64,000 nt of DNA from Candidatus Pyrohabitans jungbluthii (GTDB lineage: Archaea > Hydrothermarchaeota > Hydrothermarchaeia > Hydrothermarchaeales > BMS3B): contig MTMD02000008.1 in the NCBI GenBank assembly GCA_002010065.2, positions 330,758-394,757 on the forward strand. The letters run 5' to 3'. The translations under genes and the position numbers were made by a program. Within the stretch, counting starts at the first letter, position 1, and each line of letters begins with the position of its first letter. Under the pieces are notes generated by a model that was not told the origin of the DNA, did not search any database, and worked only from the letters and a program-made list of their open reading frames with translations. Of the stretch, positions 18,760 through 29,800 are shown in pieces.

Positions 18760-19440
18760 CTAATTATCCACCAGCGACACGAAGATCTCGCCGAATAACT
18801 CCTCCTGCCACACATTGATTTTCCGCTGGGAATCTAGATAAAGAAGGCAGAGCAGGGTTTCAACCACAGCAAGGCGATTACTCCTGTCCTCTACGATGTC
18901 GAAAAAGTGGATAACCCCTGAGAGGGAGCAAAGGCGCTTGACCTTCTCGTACACCTTCGCAATCTTCTCCTTTATGCCCTCCTCGTCCACCTGAATCACG
19001 AGCTTGGGCTTCTCGCGCGTGCGTGGAAAGTTGCGGCGAATCATCTCTTCACCAAGAGCGCGCTGCAGTGCCTCTACAAGCTCGAATAGCGTGGTCCTGC
19101 GCTCTTCTCTGCGACGCATAGGCACGGGTATCGCGGGTATGTCGTCAATGCGCTTCTCTATGTCCACCTCTTCCTCAAGGGGTTCAAAGTACTCCTCCTC
19201 TTCCTCAGTTTCTTCTCGCGGCAAAAGCGACTCGCTCTTCATGCGCAGCAGTATCGCCGCAGCTAAAATAGCACGACCGCTTAAGCGCAGGTTGAGCTTC
19301 TGCATGCGCTTAACCTTCTCAAGAAAGCGCTGCGCAATGTCGGCGATATCAATATCCCAGGGGTCCATTTCCTCACTGATAACCAAATCAACAAGCATGT
19401 CCACCGGGTGGATCTCCTCGTAGAGCTCAGACTCTAACAT
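18760..19440 (-). CDS. scpA: Kleisin ScpA
   Basis: MDPWDIDI, AAILLRMKS, QEELFGEI; follows smc. Confidence 0.93.
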   Translation of the reverse strand: MLESELYEEIHPVDMLVDLVISEEMDPWDIDIADIAQRFLEKVKRMQKLNLRLSGRAILAAAILLRMKSESLLPREETEEEEEYFEPLEEEVDIEKRIDDIPAIPVPMRRREERRTTLFELVEALQRALGEEMIRRNFPRTREKPKLVIQVDEEGIKEKIAKVYEKVKRLCSLSGVIHFFDIVEDRSNRLAVVETLLCLLYLDSQRKINVWQEELFGEIFVSLVDN

Positions 19441-22400
19441 CCTCCAGCTCCACCCCTATAACCTTAGAAACTCCATCCTCGTTGGTAACACCAAAAAGCT
19501 GGTCCGCTGCCACCATCATGTTGTCGCGCAGGCTTACGACTATGAACTGCGCCTCCTTCGATGCTTCTTTAATCATCTCTGAAATCTTCTTAACGTTGTT
19601 GTCGTCCAGAAACATGTCTATCTCGTCGAGAATATAGAAGGGCGCGGGCTGGAAGCGCTGTATCGCAAAGAGGAAAGAAAGCGCCGTCAGGGTGCGCTCC
19701 CCGCCTGAGAGCAGCTCTATGTACTGCGGATTCTTCCCAGGGGGCTTAGCCTGAATTTGTAACCCGCCCTCCAGCGGGGCTTCCTCGTCGAGTATCAGCT
19801 CAGCTTCGCCGCCTTCGCTGAGGCGGTTGAAGATTCGCCTGAAGTTCATCGCAACGTTCTCAAAGACCTCCATGAACACCGCCAGCTTGCGCTGCTCTAT
19901 CTCCTCCATTAGCCTGAGAATCGCCTCGCGCTCCTCCTCAAGCTTGTGTATGCGAAACTCCAGCTTGTCGTACTTCTCCTTAACCTCCTCGTAGTCCTCC
20001 ACGGCGCGCATGTTCACCGGCTCCAGCGAGCGGATCTCCGCCTCCATCTTTGCAATCTCCTTCTCAAGCTCCTCCGTCTCTATAGGCACAAGAAGCTCCA
20101 CCTCAACGTCGGCGAACTCCTTTAGAGCTTCGCGCAGGCTCTCCTGCTTTGTCTGAAGCTTTGCCTGCTCTATCTTCGCCGCCTCCAGCTTCTTCCTGAG
20201 CTTGGCCTCGCGCCGCTGGAGTTCCTCAATTTTATGGGTAATAAGCTTAATAGCATGGGAGAATCTCTCTCGGCGCTGCTTCATCTCCTGAAGCTCGCGC
20301 TTAACCGCCTGCTCCCGCTCCTGCGCCTCTCTAAGCTCTCTCTCGGCGCTGCGCAGCTCCTCGCTAAGCTTGTTCTTAACTTCGCGCGCAGTACGCCTCG
20401 CCTTGAGAGCCTCAAGAAGAGCGTGGCGCAGTGCATTAGCCTGCGTCTCCACAACCTCCTTCAACCTCGAGCGAAGGAAGCGCATCTCTCCGCGAAGTGT
20501 CTCAAGAGCGCGCTCCTTCTCCAGCATCGCCTCCTCCTTCGCTCGAATCTCCTTAAGCAGAGCCTCAGCCTCAGCGGTGCGCAGCTCCTCCTCCAGCAGG
20601 CGCTTCTCCTCAGTTAGCTTACTCACCTCTTCCCTTAACTTATGAAGCTCTGGCTCTAACTCTTCCCTTCTCCGCCTTATCTCGCTCAGCTTAGCCCTGC
20701 GCTCCCTCAGCTCTGCCTCTACTTTAGCAAGCGCTTGCGAGAGCTCCGCCTTCTCCGCCTCAAGCGTAGCTATCGTCGCGCCCAAAAGCTCAACCCTCTT
20801 CTCAGCCTCTAGAATCTCCCGATCAAGCTTATCCTTCAGCTCAAGCTTCGTCTCAAGCTCCGCCTCAAGCTTATCCCTGCGCTGCTGAAGCTCAGCCACC
20901 TCGCGCTCAAGCTTGGTAAGCTTGCTTCCCGAGATTTCCAGCTTGACTCTGCGCTGGTAGTATCCGCCTGTGATTCTTCCCGAAGCCTCGATGAGGTCAC
21001 CCTCAAGCGTGACCATGCGCGCCTTGCCTATCTCTCGCCTGGCAAAGGCAAGGTCCTCCACGACAACGGTATCGCCAAAAACGTGAGAAAACGCTGGGTA
21101 AAAGCGGTCGTCGAAATCCACTAAATCGAGAGCGAAGCCATAGCTCCGCGAGGCAAGCTCCTCTGCCTCTCGCGAAATTCGCCTTGGCTTAATCTTGTTC
21201 AACGGCAGGAAGGTCGCTCTGCCTATCTTGTTCTCCTTAAGATATCGGATGCACTCCTCAGCCACAGCGTCGCTCTCAACAACGATGCTGCGCAGGCCTC
21301 TGCCTGCGGCAACCTCTATCGCGAGGGCAAACTTCTCATCAACGCTTGCAAGCTCTGCTATGGTGCCGTAAATACCGGCGACTTCACCCGAGTCGCGCAG
21401 CTTGAGCACCGCCTCCACTGCGGCGTCGCCGCTGCTGCGACGCACCTCCTCAATCGCACGCTGCTTCGCCTTTAGCTGGGAGAGCTCATCGCGCTTGAAC
21501 TCGAGCTCGCCAGCCACTTTAGCTAAGCTGCTTTTAAGCTCCTGCACCTTCTCAGAAGTCTTCGCTGCACTTTCCCTCGCTCTGGCAAGCTCTTTCTCAC
21601 TCTCTGCAAGCTCACCTTTGCTAAGCTCAAGCCGCGAGCTTACCTCTGAGTACTTCTCCTTCAACCTGGAGAGCTCCTCCTCCAGGCTTTTTAGCTGGGC
21701 GCTGCTCTCCTTCTCCCTATCGCTAAGGAGCGCCTCCTCCCGCTCTGCCTTTAGAAGCCTGTCTCTCGCCTCCTCTAAGCGCGCAGCAACCTCGCCAAGA
21801 AGCTCACGCTTTCCAGCGCTGTGCTCGTCCAAGCTGCGAAGCTCAGCGTAAAGCTCCCTCACCTCTTCACGAAGCGTCGCAAGCTGAGACTCAGCCTCTC
21901 TAGTCTCTTCCTCAAGCTCCGCAAGCCTCTTTGTCGCATCCACACGCTCCCGGTGCAGTGCAAGCAGGCCGCGCTTAGCCTCTTCCAGCTTCTGGCTGTG
22001 CTCCTGTATCTCCCGCTCCACAGTGGCGAGCTTCTCGCGAAGATAGTTTGCTCTGCTCCTCGCCTGCTCCACCCTGCGGAATATCTCGTAATGCTCACTC
22101 TCCTCCTTCACTGCAATCTCACGGTTTATGCGCTCCATCTGCTCCTTCTTGACCTGCTTTTTAAGACTGAGGATCTCCATGTGCCTTGCTATTCGAGCAA
22201 GCGCAGCTTCGCCCTCAGTGAGCTGCTCCTCAAGCTCCTCCAGCCTCTCCTGAATCTCTAAAAACCTGGAGTTGAGCACCAGCGCCTTACTCCTCCTAAC
22301 CTGCTTTGTAAGCTCCTCATAGCGCAGCGCCGCCTCCCTCTCGCGGGCGAGCTTCTCAAGCTGAGAGCTCACCTCATGGAAAACGTCCTTGGCACGGGTG

Positions 22401-22963
22401 AGGTTATCCTGCACCTTCTCCAGTTCACGCATGGCTTTATTCTTCTTCTCGTCGTACTCCGCTATGCCGGCGATTTCATCGATAATCTTCCGCCTCTCAA
22501 CAGGATTCATCTCTATTATCCGCGTAATATCCCCCTGAAGGATTATGTTATGCCCGTCGGGGCGAATATTCGCCTGCCTGAGAATGTCGAGAATCTCAGC
22601 CCTCGAGACGCGCTTCCCGTTCAGCCTGTAAACGCTGTTGCCGTTAACGTCTATGCTTCGGGTAATCTTCACCTCCCGCGTTGGCACTGGAAGCTCCCTG
22701 CCCGAGTTGTCGAAGTATATACTCACCTCCGCCTCCTTCGCAGGTTCGCCCTTCTTACCCCCATTGAAAATTAGGTCAGAGAAACGCTCAGCGCGCAGGC
22801 TCTTGGCACTGCTCCTCCCCAGCACAAAACATATGGCGTCGACGATGTTGCTCTTCCCCGAGCCATTGGGACCGACGATGGCAGTAAATCCCTTGGGGAT
22901 AGGCAGGCTAACCCGCTTGAACGACTTGAAATTCTTAAGGGTTATCTTTGAGATGTGGATCAC
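19427..22963 (-). CDS. smc: Chromosome segregation protein SMC
   Basis: GPNGSGKSN, hinge GRATFLPLN, LSGGE, LDEID, long coiled coils. Confidence 0.97.
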   Translation of the reverse strand: MIHISKITLKNFKSFKRVSLPIPKGFTAIVGPNGSGKSNIVDAICFVLGRSSAKSLRAERFSDLIFNGGKKGEPAKEAEVSIYFDNSGRELPVPTREVKITRSIDVNGNSVYRLNGKRVSRAEILDILRQANIRPDGHNIILQGDITRIIEMNPVERRKIIDEIAGIAEYDEKKNKAMRELEKVQDNLTRAKDVFHEVSSQLEKLAREREAALRYEELTKQVRRSKALVLNSRFLEIQERLEELEEQLTEGEAALARIARHMEILSLKKQVKKEQMERINREIAVKEESEHYEIFRRVEQARSRANYLREKLATVEREIQEHSQKLEEAKRGLLALHRERVDATKRLAELEEETREAESQLATLREEVRELYAELRSLDEHSAGKRELLGEVAARLEEARDRLLKAEREEALLSDREKESSAQLKSLEEELSRLKEKYSEVSSRLELSKGELAESEKELARARESAAKTSEKVQELKSSLAKVAGELEFKRDELSQLKAKQRAIEEVRRSSGDAAVEAVLKLRDSGEVAGIYGTIAELASVDEKFALAIEVAAGRGLRSIVVESDAVAEECIRYLKENKIGRATFLPLNKIKPRRISREAEELASRSYGFALDLVDFDDRFYPAFSHVFGDTVVVEDLAFARREIGKARMVTLEGDLIEASGRITGGYYQRRVKLEISGSKLTKLEREVAELQQRRDKLEAELETKLELKDKLDREILEAEKRVELLGATIATLEAEKAELSQALAKVEAELRERRAKLSEIRRRREELEPELHKLREEVSKLTEEKRLLEEELRTAEAEALLKEIRAKEEAMLEKERALETLRGEMRFLRSRLKEVVETQANALRHALLEALKARRTAREVKNKLSEELRSAERELREAQEREQAVKRELQEMKQRRERFSHAIKLITHKIEELQRREAKLRKKLEAAKIEQAKLQTKQESLREALKEFADVEVELLVPIETEELEKEIAKMEAEIRSLEPVNMRAVEDYEEVKEKYDKLEFRIHKLEEEREAILRLMEEIEQRKLAVFMEVFENVAMNFRRIFNRLSEGGEAELILDEEAPLEGGLQIQAKPPGKNPQYIELLSGGERTLTALSFLFAIQRFQPAPFYILDEIDMFLDDNNVKKISEMIKEASKEAQFIVVSLRDNMMVAADQLFGVTNEDGVSKVIGVELEDVRV

Positions 22964-23203
22964 GGGTGCACCTCTTTAGGTTAGCTAAATTCTTTTCCCC
23001 GGGGTATTAAGAAACTATTGCCCCCGCAGCTTTTAAATCTTTTGATATAAATTTTATTAACTTTTAACACCCGTATGTATCGAAAAGTTAATCGATAACA
23101 CACTGCCTTTTATGATGGAGCACTGGAGTTAAAATTCATAACCACATTGCTTTTGAGCTTTTGTTGTAGTATGTGAAGTTTCCGCTAAAATAAAGGTGCA
23201 TCC

Positions 23204-24379
23204 ATGGGTAAGGGCAAGCTTTTGCTGGTGAGCTTCACGAGTAGTGTGCTTACTGCGCTGCTTGTGCTCGCTCTTCTTTACCAGGCAGGAGTTCTCTCCA
23301 AGGAGGGGAGCTATACCATTATAATATATGGGGATAACCCGGAAAAACTCTCCGTGCCCAGGGGGATAGAGAAGGTTAACCTGGTCTTTGTGAACGGCTC
23401 GCTGGTGCAGGAGGAGATTGTTACCCGTATCTTTGAGGAAACCCTTCCTAGCGTGGTGCACATTACCACAGAGCGAAACGCAGTGGGATTCTCCCACCCT
23501 GTTCCAATAGAGGGCACGGGCACAGGGATAATTATCCGTGAGGACGGGTACATCCTGACCAACGACCACGTTGTGAGCAACGCCAGCAAAATAATCGTGG
23601 TGCTCTATACAGGTGAGGAGTACGAGGCAACGCTGGTGGGCACAGACCCGATGACTGACATCGCCGTGATTAAGATACCTGCCCGCAACCTCAAGCCTGC
23701 GAATTTGGGCGACTCCTCACAGCTTAAGCCAGGACAGCTCGCCATAGCCATAGGCAATCCCTTCCGCTTTGACAACACTGTTACGGTTGGTGTGATAAGT
23801 GCCCTCAACAGAACCATAGAAGCAAGCAAGGGCTATAAGATACGCGATATTATCCAGACAGACGCTGCAATAAATCCTGGTAACAGCGGCGGACCTCTGA
23901 TAAACTCCCGCGGCGAGGTTATAGGCGTTAACACCGCTATCTTCTCCACCAGCGAGGGCTTTCAGGGCATAGGGTTCGCGATACCAATAAACACCGCCAA
24001 GGAGGTTGCAGAGAGCATAATTGAGAAGGGGAAGGTCATACGCCCGTGGATGGGCATCACTGGCGTGGATTTAACACCTCCTCTTGCGGAGAAGCTCAAC
24101 CTGAGCATAAAGCAGGGGGCGATTGTGATTGACGTAACCCCAGGTTCGCCGGCAGAAGAGGCTGGCCTACAGGGAAGCGAAGGTACACCCGGCGAGGAGG
24201 ACTTCAAGCTGGGCGACGTTATTGTGGAATTAGCCGGCATAGAAATTAAAAACATGGACGATGTTATTCGCGTTGTGCTCATGCACAACATAGGGGATAC
24301 CATCGAGGTGAAGTACTACCGCGATGGAGAGTTTAATGTGACATACGTAACTCTGGGGGAACGTCCTCCCAACCTTTAG
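23204..24379 (+). CDS. htrA: HtrA/DegP serine protease with PDZ domain
   Basis: N-terminal TM, TNDHVV, DIAVIK, INPGNSGGPL, PDZ. Confidence 0.93.
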   Translation: MGKGKLLLVSFTSSVLTALLVLALLYQAGVLSKEGSYTIIIYGDNPEKLSVPRGIEKVNLVFVNGSLVQEEIVTRIFEETLPSVVHITTERNAVGFSHPVPIEGTGTGIIIREDGYILTNDHVVSNASKIIVVLYTGEEYEATLVGTDPMTDIAVIKIPARNLKPANLGDSSQLKPGQLAIAIGNPFRFDNTVTVGVISALNRTIEASKGYKIRDIIQTDAAINPGNSGGPLINSRGEVIGVNTAIFSTSEGFQGIGFAIPINTAKEVAESIIEKGKVIRPWMGITGVDLTPPLAEKLNLSIKQGAIVIDVTPGSPAEEAGLQGSEGTPGEEDFKLGDVIVELAGIEIKNMDDVIRVVLMHNIGDTIEVKYYRDGEFNVTYVTLGERPPNL

Positions 24380-25047
24380 CGCCACTTTTCTTCGTACCTC
24401 TTAAGAAAATCGTAGGTTCTTGTGCCTGCGCCGTGGTGCATGAACTCGCGTATGTCCTCTACCGTATCTATGTCCAAGGAGAGGTAGAAGGAGTCGTAGA
24501 CCTTCACGGGCACGCGAAGCTTTGCTGCGACGCGCTGAATGTCTGTGAAGCTGCTCTGGGTGAACACCTCATGAATAACATCTGGAGGGCGGCGATATAT
24601 TATTCCCACTCCACCCTTCCGCGCCGGAGAGATTACGAGCGGGTGCTTCTTTCCCAGGTTCAAAACCTCTTCCACGTGGTGCTTTTTTATTAGAGGCACA
24701 TCCGCGGGCACGAAGAGCGTTGCCTCCGCGCCCTGCGACATGGCATAGGAGTTGCCCCTCCTCACCGCCTCGGCTAGGCCTCTCTTCTCCTCCTCGAGGA
24801 TTAGCTCATAGTCTCTGCTCACGTATTTTTCCAGGTTTGAGGGGCTGACCACCACGGGGGTAACAACTCCCTCGAGCGCGTCCAGCACATCCTCAAGCAT
24901 GCACAGCAGAAGCTCAGCCCTCTCCTGAGGTGTGAAAACCTCACTCAACCTAGTTTTGGCTCGCTCAAGCTGATTTACCGGAATTATGGCAAACGCTTGC
25001 ACGGGGTTAAGGGCGAGGTTTGTGGATAAATAGTTTTCTGTTGGCAT
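24376..25047 (-). CDS. cofC: 2-phospho-L-lactate/PEP guanylyltransferase (F420 biosynthesis)
   Basis: AIIPV..AKTRLS, ADVPL, LDIDT.ED; real start may be the downstream GTG. Confidence 0.85.
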   Translation of the reverse strand: MPTENYLSTNLALNPVQAFAIIPVNQLERAKTRLSEVFTPQERAELLLCMLEDVLDALEGVVTPVVVSPSNLEKYVSRDYELILEEEKRGLAEAVRRGNSYAMSQGAEATLFVPADVPLIKKHHVEEVLNLGKKHPLVISPARKGGVGIIYRRPPDVIHEVFTQSSFTDIQRVAAKLRVPVKVYDSFYLSLDIDTVEDIREFMHHGAGTRTYDFLKRYEEKWR

Positions 25048-25100
25048 ACCATTCTAAGCACCCATAGCCTATTCCGAACATTTTCGGCACAAATGTATTA

Positions 25101-25118
25101 AATTAGGCAACCCTAATT
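25101..25118. promoter_or_regulatory. DtxR/SirR-like palindrome AATTAGG-N4-CCTAATT
   Basis: Perfect 7-bp inverted repeat between the TATA-like element and the ATG at 25123; resembles the TTAGG-N4-CCTAA metal box. Confidence 0.55.
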
Positions 25119-25122
25119 ATTA

Positions 25123-25410
25123 ATGGTGATGGCAATGGTAGATGAAAGCAAGGTTGTTGAGAAGCTTAAGGGCGTTATAGACCCCCACACGGGGCAGAGT
25201 GTTTACGACATGGGGCTTATCGAAGACCTTAACGTCTCTGAAGCTGGAGTTTCCCTCAAGTTCAGACCCTCCTCGCCCTTCTGCCCCCTCGGGGTGCAGC
25301 TGGCAAAGAGCATAAAGGCGGCGCTGAGAGAGGTTGCAGAGAAGGTAGACATTACAGTAGTAGGATATATTAATGAGGAAGAGTTAAATAAGCAGTTGAG
25401 GGAGGAATAG
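25123..25410 (+). CDS. DUF59/SufT-like Fe-S assembly protein
   Basis: LKGVIDPH..VYDMGLI, SPFCPLG. Confidence 0.85.
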   Translation: MVMAMVDESKVVEKLKGVIDPHTGQSVYDMGLIEDLNVSEAGVSLKFRPSSPFCPLGVQLAKSIKAALREVAEKVDITVVGYINEEELNKQLREE

Positions 25411-25435
25411 CTATGTATGGCAAGGGGGGTGTTGT

Positions 25436-25642
25436 ATGGAGACTTTGGATGTAAGGGGGTTACCCCACAGCGAGAGACCCCAGCTTATATTAAAAAAGCT
25501 TGAGGAACTGGGAGAGCTTGAGATACTGGTGGAGGTCAAGCCTGTACCAGTAATAACCATGCTGGAGAGTAAGGGCTACACCTGCGAGGCGGAGCAGAGC
25601 CAGGGAGTATGGCGGGTTAAGATAAGAAAGAAGCAGGGATAA
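25436..25642 (+). CDS. DUF2249/TusA-like small protein
   Basis: LDVRGLP..ERP.., W.V.I.K pattern. Confidence 0.7.
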   Translation: METLDVRGLPHSERPQLILKKLEELGELEILVEVKPVPVITMLESKGYTCEAEQSQGVWRVKIRKKQG

Positions 25643-25644
25643 GT

Positions 25645-26829
25645 ATGAGAAGAATGCTGAAGCTTTTACCCATAAGATTTCTTAGTGCCGCCCTTATCTA
25701 CCTGGTGGCAGGCATTACTTTAGGAACTCTTGACGCCCTCGGCTATGGAAGCTTTAAGTCTGTGCACTCCCACCTTCTTGCAGGTGCCTTCTTCACCCTC
25801 GTTATAATGGGCTCCATGTACCAGCTCCTTCCCACCATAATAGGAGCAGAGCTGAAGCACCGCTCGCTGGCGGAGTTTCAGTTTATACTTGCAAATTTGG
25901 GCTTCATCTCTCTTGCATATTCCTTCCTGAGCAACTACAGCTTTCTTAAAGTAGCAGGGCTAATAGCCTTTATCTCCTTCATACTCTTTGCATTTGAAAT
26001 CTTTGCCACCGCATTAAGCGTAAAAGACTTCTATAGGCGAAGCTTGGCTATATGGTTCTTCCTTGCGGCAGTGGTTTACCTCGTCGTTGGCTCCGCCTAT
26101 GCATTAGCAGGGGTTCTTGGCATAACCAGCTTCAGCGCTGCGAGGCACGCTCATATATTAACCCTCGGCTTCGTGGCGATGACCAACTTCGGTGGACTCT
26201 ATGAACTTTTCCCCATGCTCTCCTTAAAAAAGCTGCATTCGCGGAGGCTGGGCGAGGTTCACTTCTTTATCGCCAACATCGCGGCGATTGGCATGTTCCT
26301 GGGATTCCCTGAGCGAGGCAACCTCTTTATCCTCTCCTCCCTCCTCTTCCTGGCAGGCTTCTACCTCTTTGCGTACAATCTTACCAGAACCTATTTCAGC
26401 AAATCTCATGGCCCTGAGGTGGAGATGGATATAAGCGCGAGGTTTATGGCCTACGCTTTAGCCTTTGGTGTTGCAGGCGTCACCGCTGGCTTTACCAGCG
26501 CCACGCTCGGCTTCCCTGGCAGCTTCACTCATGTGCATCTAATCCTCACAGGCTGGGTGGGCTTGACGATAGTAGGCGCGATGTACCACATTGTACCCAT
26601 GCTCACCTGGCTTGAGAAGTACAGCACGAAGGTAGGGCAGGAGGGCGTGCCTCTCATTCAGGACCTGTACAACAAACCCCTCGCAAAGGCGCTCTTTATC
26701 ACGCTGAATACAACTTTAGCGCTGTTTGCCTTCAGCAGCCTTTTGCCAGCGCTCAGCATTTTTGCAGTTCCCCTGGCAATCGCCTTCCTTGTATTTGCTG
26801 TGGAGATGCTGCTGGTGCTGGGGAGGTAG
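25645..26829 (+). CDS. Polytopic membrane protein with repeated HxH TM motifs (heme-copper oxidase subunit I-like fold)
   Basis: About 12 TMs in three repeats: HSHL..GSMYQLLP, HAHI..GGLYELFP, HVHL..GAMYHIVP. Confidence 0.65.
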   Translation: MRRMLKLLPIRFLSAALIYLVAGITLGTLDALGYGSFKSVHSHLLAGAFFTLVIMGSMYQLLPTIIGAELKHRSLAEFQFILANLGFISLAYSFLSNYSFLKVAGLIAFISFILFAFEIFATALSVKDFYRRSLAIWFFLAAVVYLVVGSAYALAGVLGITSFSAARHAHILTLGFVAMTNFGGLYELFPMLSLKKLHSRRLGEVHFFIANIAAIGMFLGFPERGNLFILSSLLFLAGFYLFAYNLTRTYFSKSHGPEVEMDISARFMAYALAFGVAGVTAGFTSATLGFPGSFTHVHLILTGWVGLTIVGAMYHIVPMLTWLEKYSTKVGQEGVPLIQDLYNKPLAKALFITLNTTLALFAFSSLLPALSIFAVPLAIAFLVFAVEMLLVLGR

Positions 26830-26882
26830 TTATTTTTCATTTTATTTTTTAACACAAAATAGAGAAATAGCCTCAGAGAGCT

Positions 26883-29800
26883 TCATTCCACCTCCCGTAT
26901 CGAAATCCTGAACTCCTTGCCCTCTATTTTCCAGACCTTTTCGTAACCTTCATGGGTAAGCTGCGTGGCTATCTCAAGCTGCTTGGAGCGAGTCTCCCTC
27001 GCGATGTACTCGCGCTGTGCTTCCAAGTAATCCACGATTTCCTCATCGCCAACGCTCACCTTTGTGGAGATATAGGCCTCCACCGCTAAATCAAGCTCCT
27101 TGCGCATCTCCTGTATCCTGCGTACCACCTCGCGAGCGTAGCCGAGTTCCAGAATCTCTCTCGTCTTCGTGGCGTCTATGTATACAACGCCGTGGTCGAA
27201 GCTGGCAGAAGCCATATTCTCAGGCAGGCGCTTCTTAAACTCCACATGCTTCTCCTTTATAAGTACCTCCTCACCCTTTACCGTAAGCGGGTAGCCCTTT
27301 TCTATACCAGCGTGGAGCTTCCTCGCGTCCTCCCTCCTAATCGCCTCAGCCACATCCTTGGCCAAGCCCTTAAACTCAGGACCCAGCGTGGCGAAATTCG
27401 GCTCCGCTACCAGCTCTACCTCAGCAGGCTCTTCCCCTGGCGGGAGAATCACCAGCTCCATAGCGTTGCCCTGCCTCTTTATGAGCTCCTCCAGATGCTT
27501 CGCAGCCTTAGCTGCCCTATCATCAATGGGAGAGAATATTAGCCTCAGCACCGGCCATCGCCGTTTTACGCCCAGCTTTTCCCTTGCGCTGGCAGTAGCC
27601 TCCACTACGCCCCGAGCTACAAGCATGTCCTCCTCAAGCTCTTTATCGATGTACTCCTCATGAGGCGAGGGGAACTTTTCGAGGTGAACGCTGTCCTCGC
27701 CTATCCCGAGGCTCGCCACGAGGTTTTGATAAATCTCCTCGCTCACGTGTGGCGCTATTGGTGCAAGAAGCTTCGCAAGGTGGCACAGAACGCGATAGAG
27801 CACCGAGTAGGCTGCGATTTTATCAATGCTCTCCTTCTCCACCCAGGTGCGCGGTCTCACAAGCGTAATGTACCACCTGCTCAAGTCCTCGACTATAAAC
27901 TCATTCAGAGCGCGGGTTGCCTTGTACAGGTGCAGCGTATCAAAGGCTTCAGAAACCTCCTTAATCACAGAGTTCAGCTTGGAGAGAATCCACTTATCCT
28001 CGCTGCGGCAGTGCTTTCGCAGGTTAGGGGGAACCTTCTCTGGCGTAAACCCATCGAGGCTCATATAGGTGGTAGCAAAAACGTAGACGTTCCACAGGAT
28101 GTTGAACATCTTCGATACAACCTTCACCTCTTCCCAGTTGAAGCGCAGATCCTCCCAAGGCTTGTTTGCCCACAGCACGTAAAAGCGAAGGATGTCAGCG
28201 GAGAAGCGCTCTATAACCTCCTCCGGCGTAACAACATTGCCCAGGCTCTTGCTCATCTTCTCCCCTTTCTCGTCGAGGGTGAAGCCATGCATCAGTACCC
28301 GCCTGTAAGGCACCTCGTCAAAGGCGAGCAAACCGCAGCCCAGCTGGGAGTAGAACCATCCGCGAGTCTGGTCATGCCCCTCTGTTATAAAGTCCACAGG
28401 GTAAAGGGAGCGGAAGGGTTCTTCCTTTGCCGGGTAGCCCAGTGACGCCCAGCCGGCGACGCCTGAGTCGAACCAAACGTCGAGCACATCGCTAACGCGA
28501 CGCTTCTCGCCCCCGCACTCGCAAGCGAAGCTCACATCCACGTAGGGGCGGTGAAGCTCCTTCACCTTGCCCGCCTTTGCCTCCAGCTCAGCCTTTGAGG
28601 CGATAACCTCCATGCTTCCGCAGCTATCACACACCCACACCGGCAAAGGGATACCCCAGTAGCGCTGCCTTGAGATGGTCCAGTCCTTTGCATTTGAAAT
28701 CCAGTCCTTAAAGCGGGCGCTGCCCGCCCACTCGGGAATCCACTCAACGCGCTCTATCTCGCTGAGCATCTTCTCTTTAAGCTTTGTAATCGCAATAAAC
28801 CACTGCTCTGTGGCGCGGTAGATTATGGGCGACTTGCAACGCCAGCAGTGACCGTAGCGGTGGGTGATGTGCTCCGCCTTAAGCAGAGCCCCCTTCTTGC
28901 TTAAATCCTGGATGATTACCTTGTCATCCTTCTTTGTTTTATATCCTGCGTATTTGCCAGCTATTTCAGTAAATCTGCCCTCCTCGTCCACAGGGCAGAT
29001 CGCAGGTATACCATAGCGCTTCGCTGCCTCGAAGTCCTCGGGACCATGCCCAGGAGCGCAGTGCACTAAACCTGTGCCCTCGCCCAGGGTTACGAAATCT
29101 GCCAGAATAACCCTGTAAGCGTTCTCCGGAGCCTCCACCTTTATGTAGTCCTTCAGCGGGTTCTCGTACTGCAAGCCTTCAAGCTCTCTACCCTTGAACT
29201 CCTCTAACACCTCGTAGCTGAGCCCGAACTTGTCTTCAAGAAGGTGCACCAGCTCTTTTGCTATTATGAGCTTCCCCTGAGAAGTTTTCACCTTAACGTA
29301 GTCGAAATCGGGGTGAACCACAACCGCGAGATTGCCTACCAGCGTCCAAGGCGTAGTTGTCCAGATGAGCAGGTATTCGTTCTCAGCACCAACGACTGGA
29401 AACTTCACATAAATGCTCGGGTCGGTGCGCTCCGCATACTCTATCTCAGCGTCAGCAAGCGCAGTCTCACAGCGCGGGCACCACGTTACGACGCGCAGGT
29501 CTCGAGTGAGGAGGCCCTTTTCGTGCGCTCGCTTTATCGTCCACCAGGCTGACTCGATGTAGTCATCCTTCAGCGTCATGTATGGCTCATCCCAGTCCAT
29601 CCACACGCCTAGACGCTTAAACTGGGAGGTCATTATTTCCACGTGGCGCAGAGCCCAGTTTCTGCAAGCCTCGATGAAGGCTTCGACGTTCTCCTCAATC
29701 TCCCGCTTGTTCTTTATGCCCATCTCCTTCTCTACCTTCACTTCGATGGGCAGGCCGTGACAATCCCAGCCAGGCTGGCGGCGCACATTATAGCCGCGCA

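Noticed and set aside
23078-23097. Palindrome TATCGA-N8-TCGATA between smc and htrA
   Set aside because: Single occurrence with different spacing from the motility box; it may be chance.
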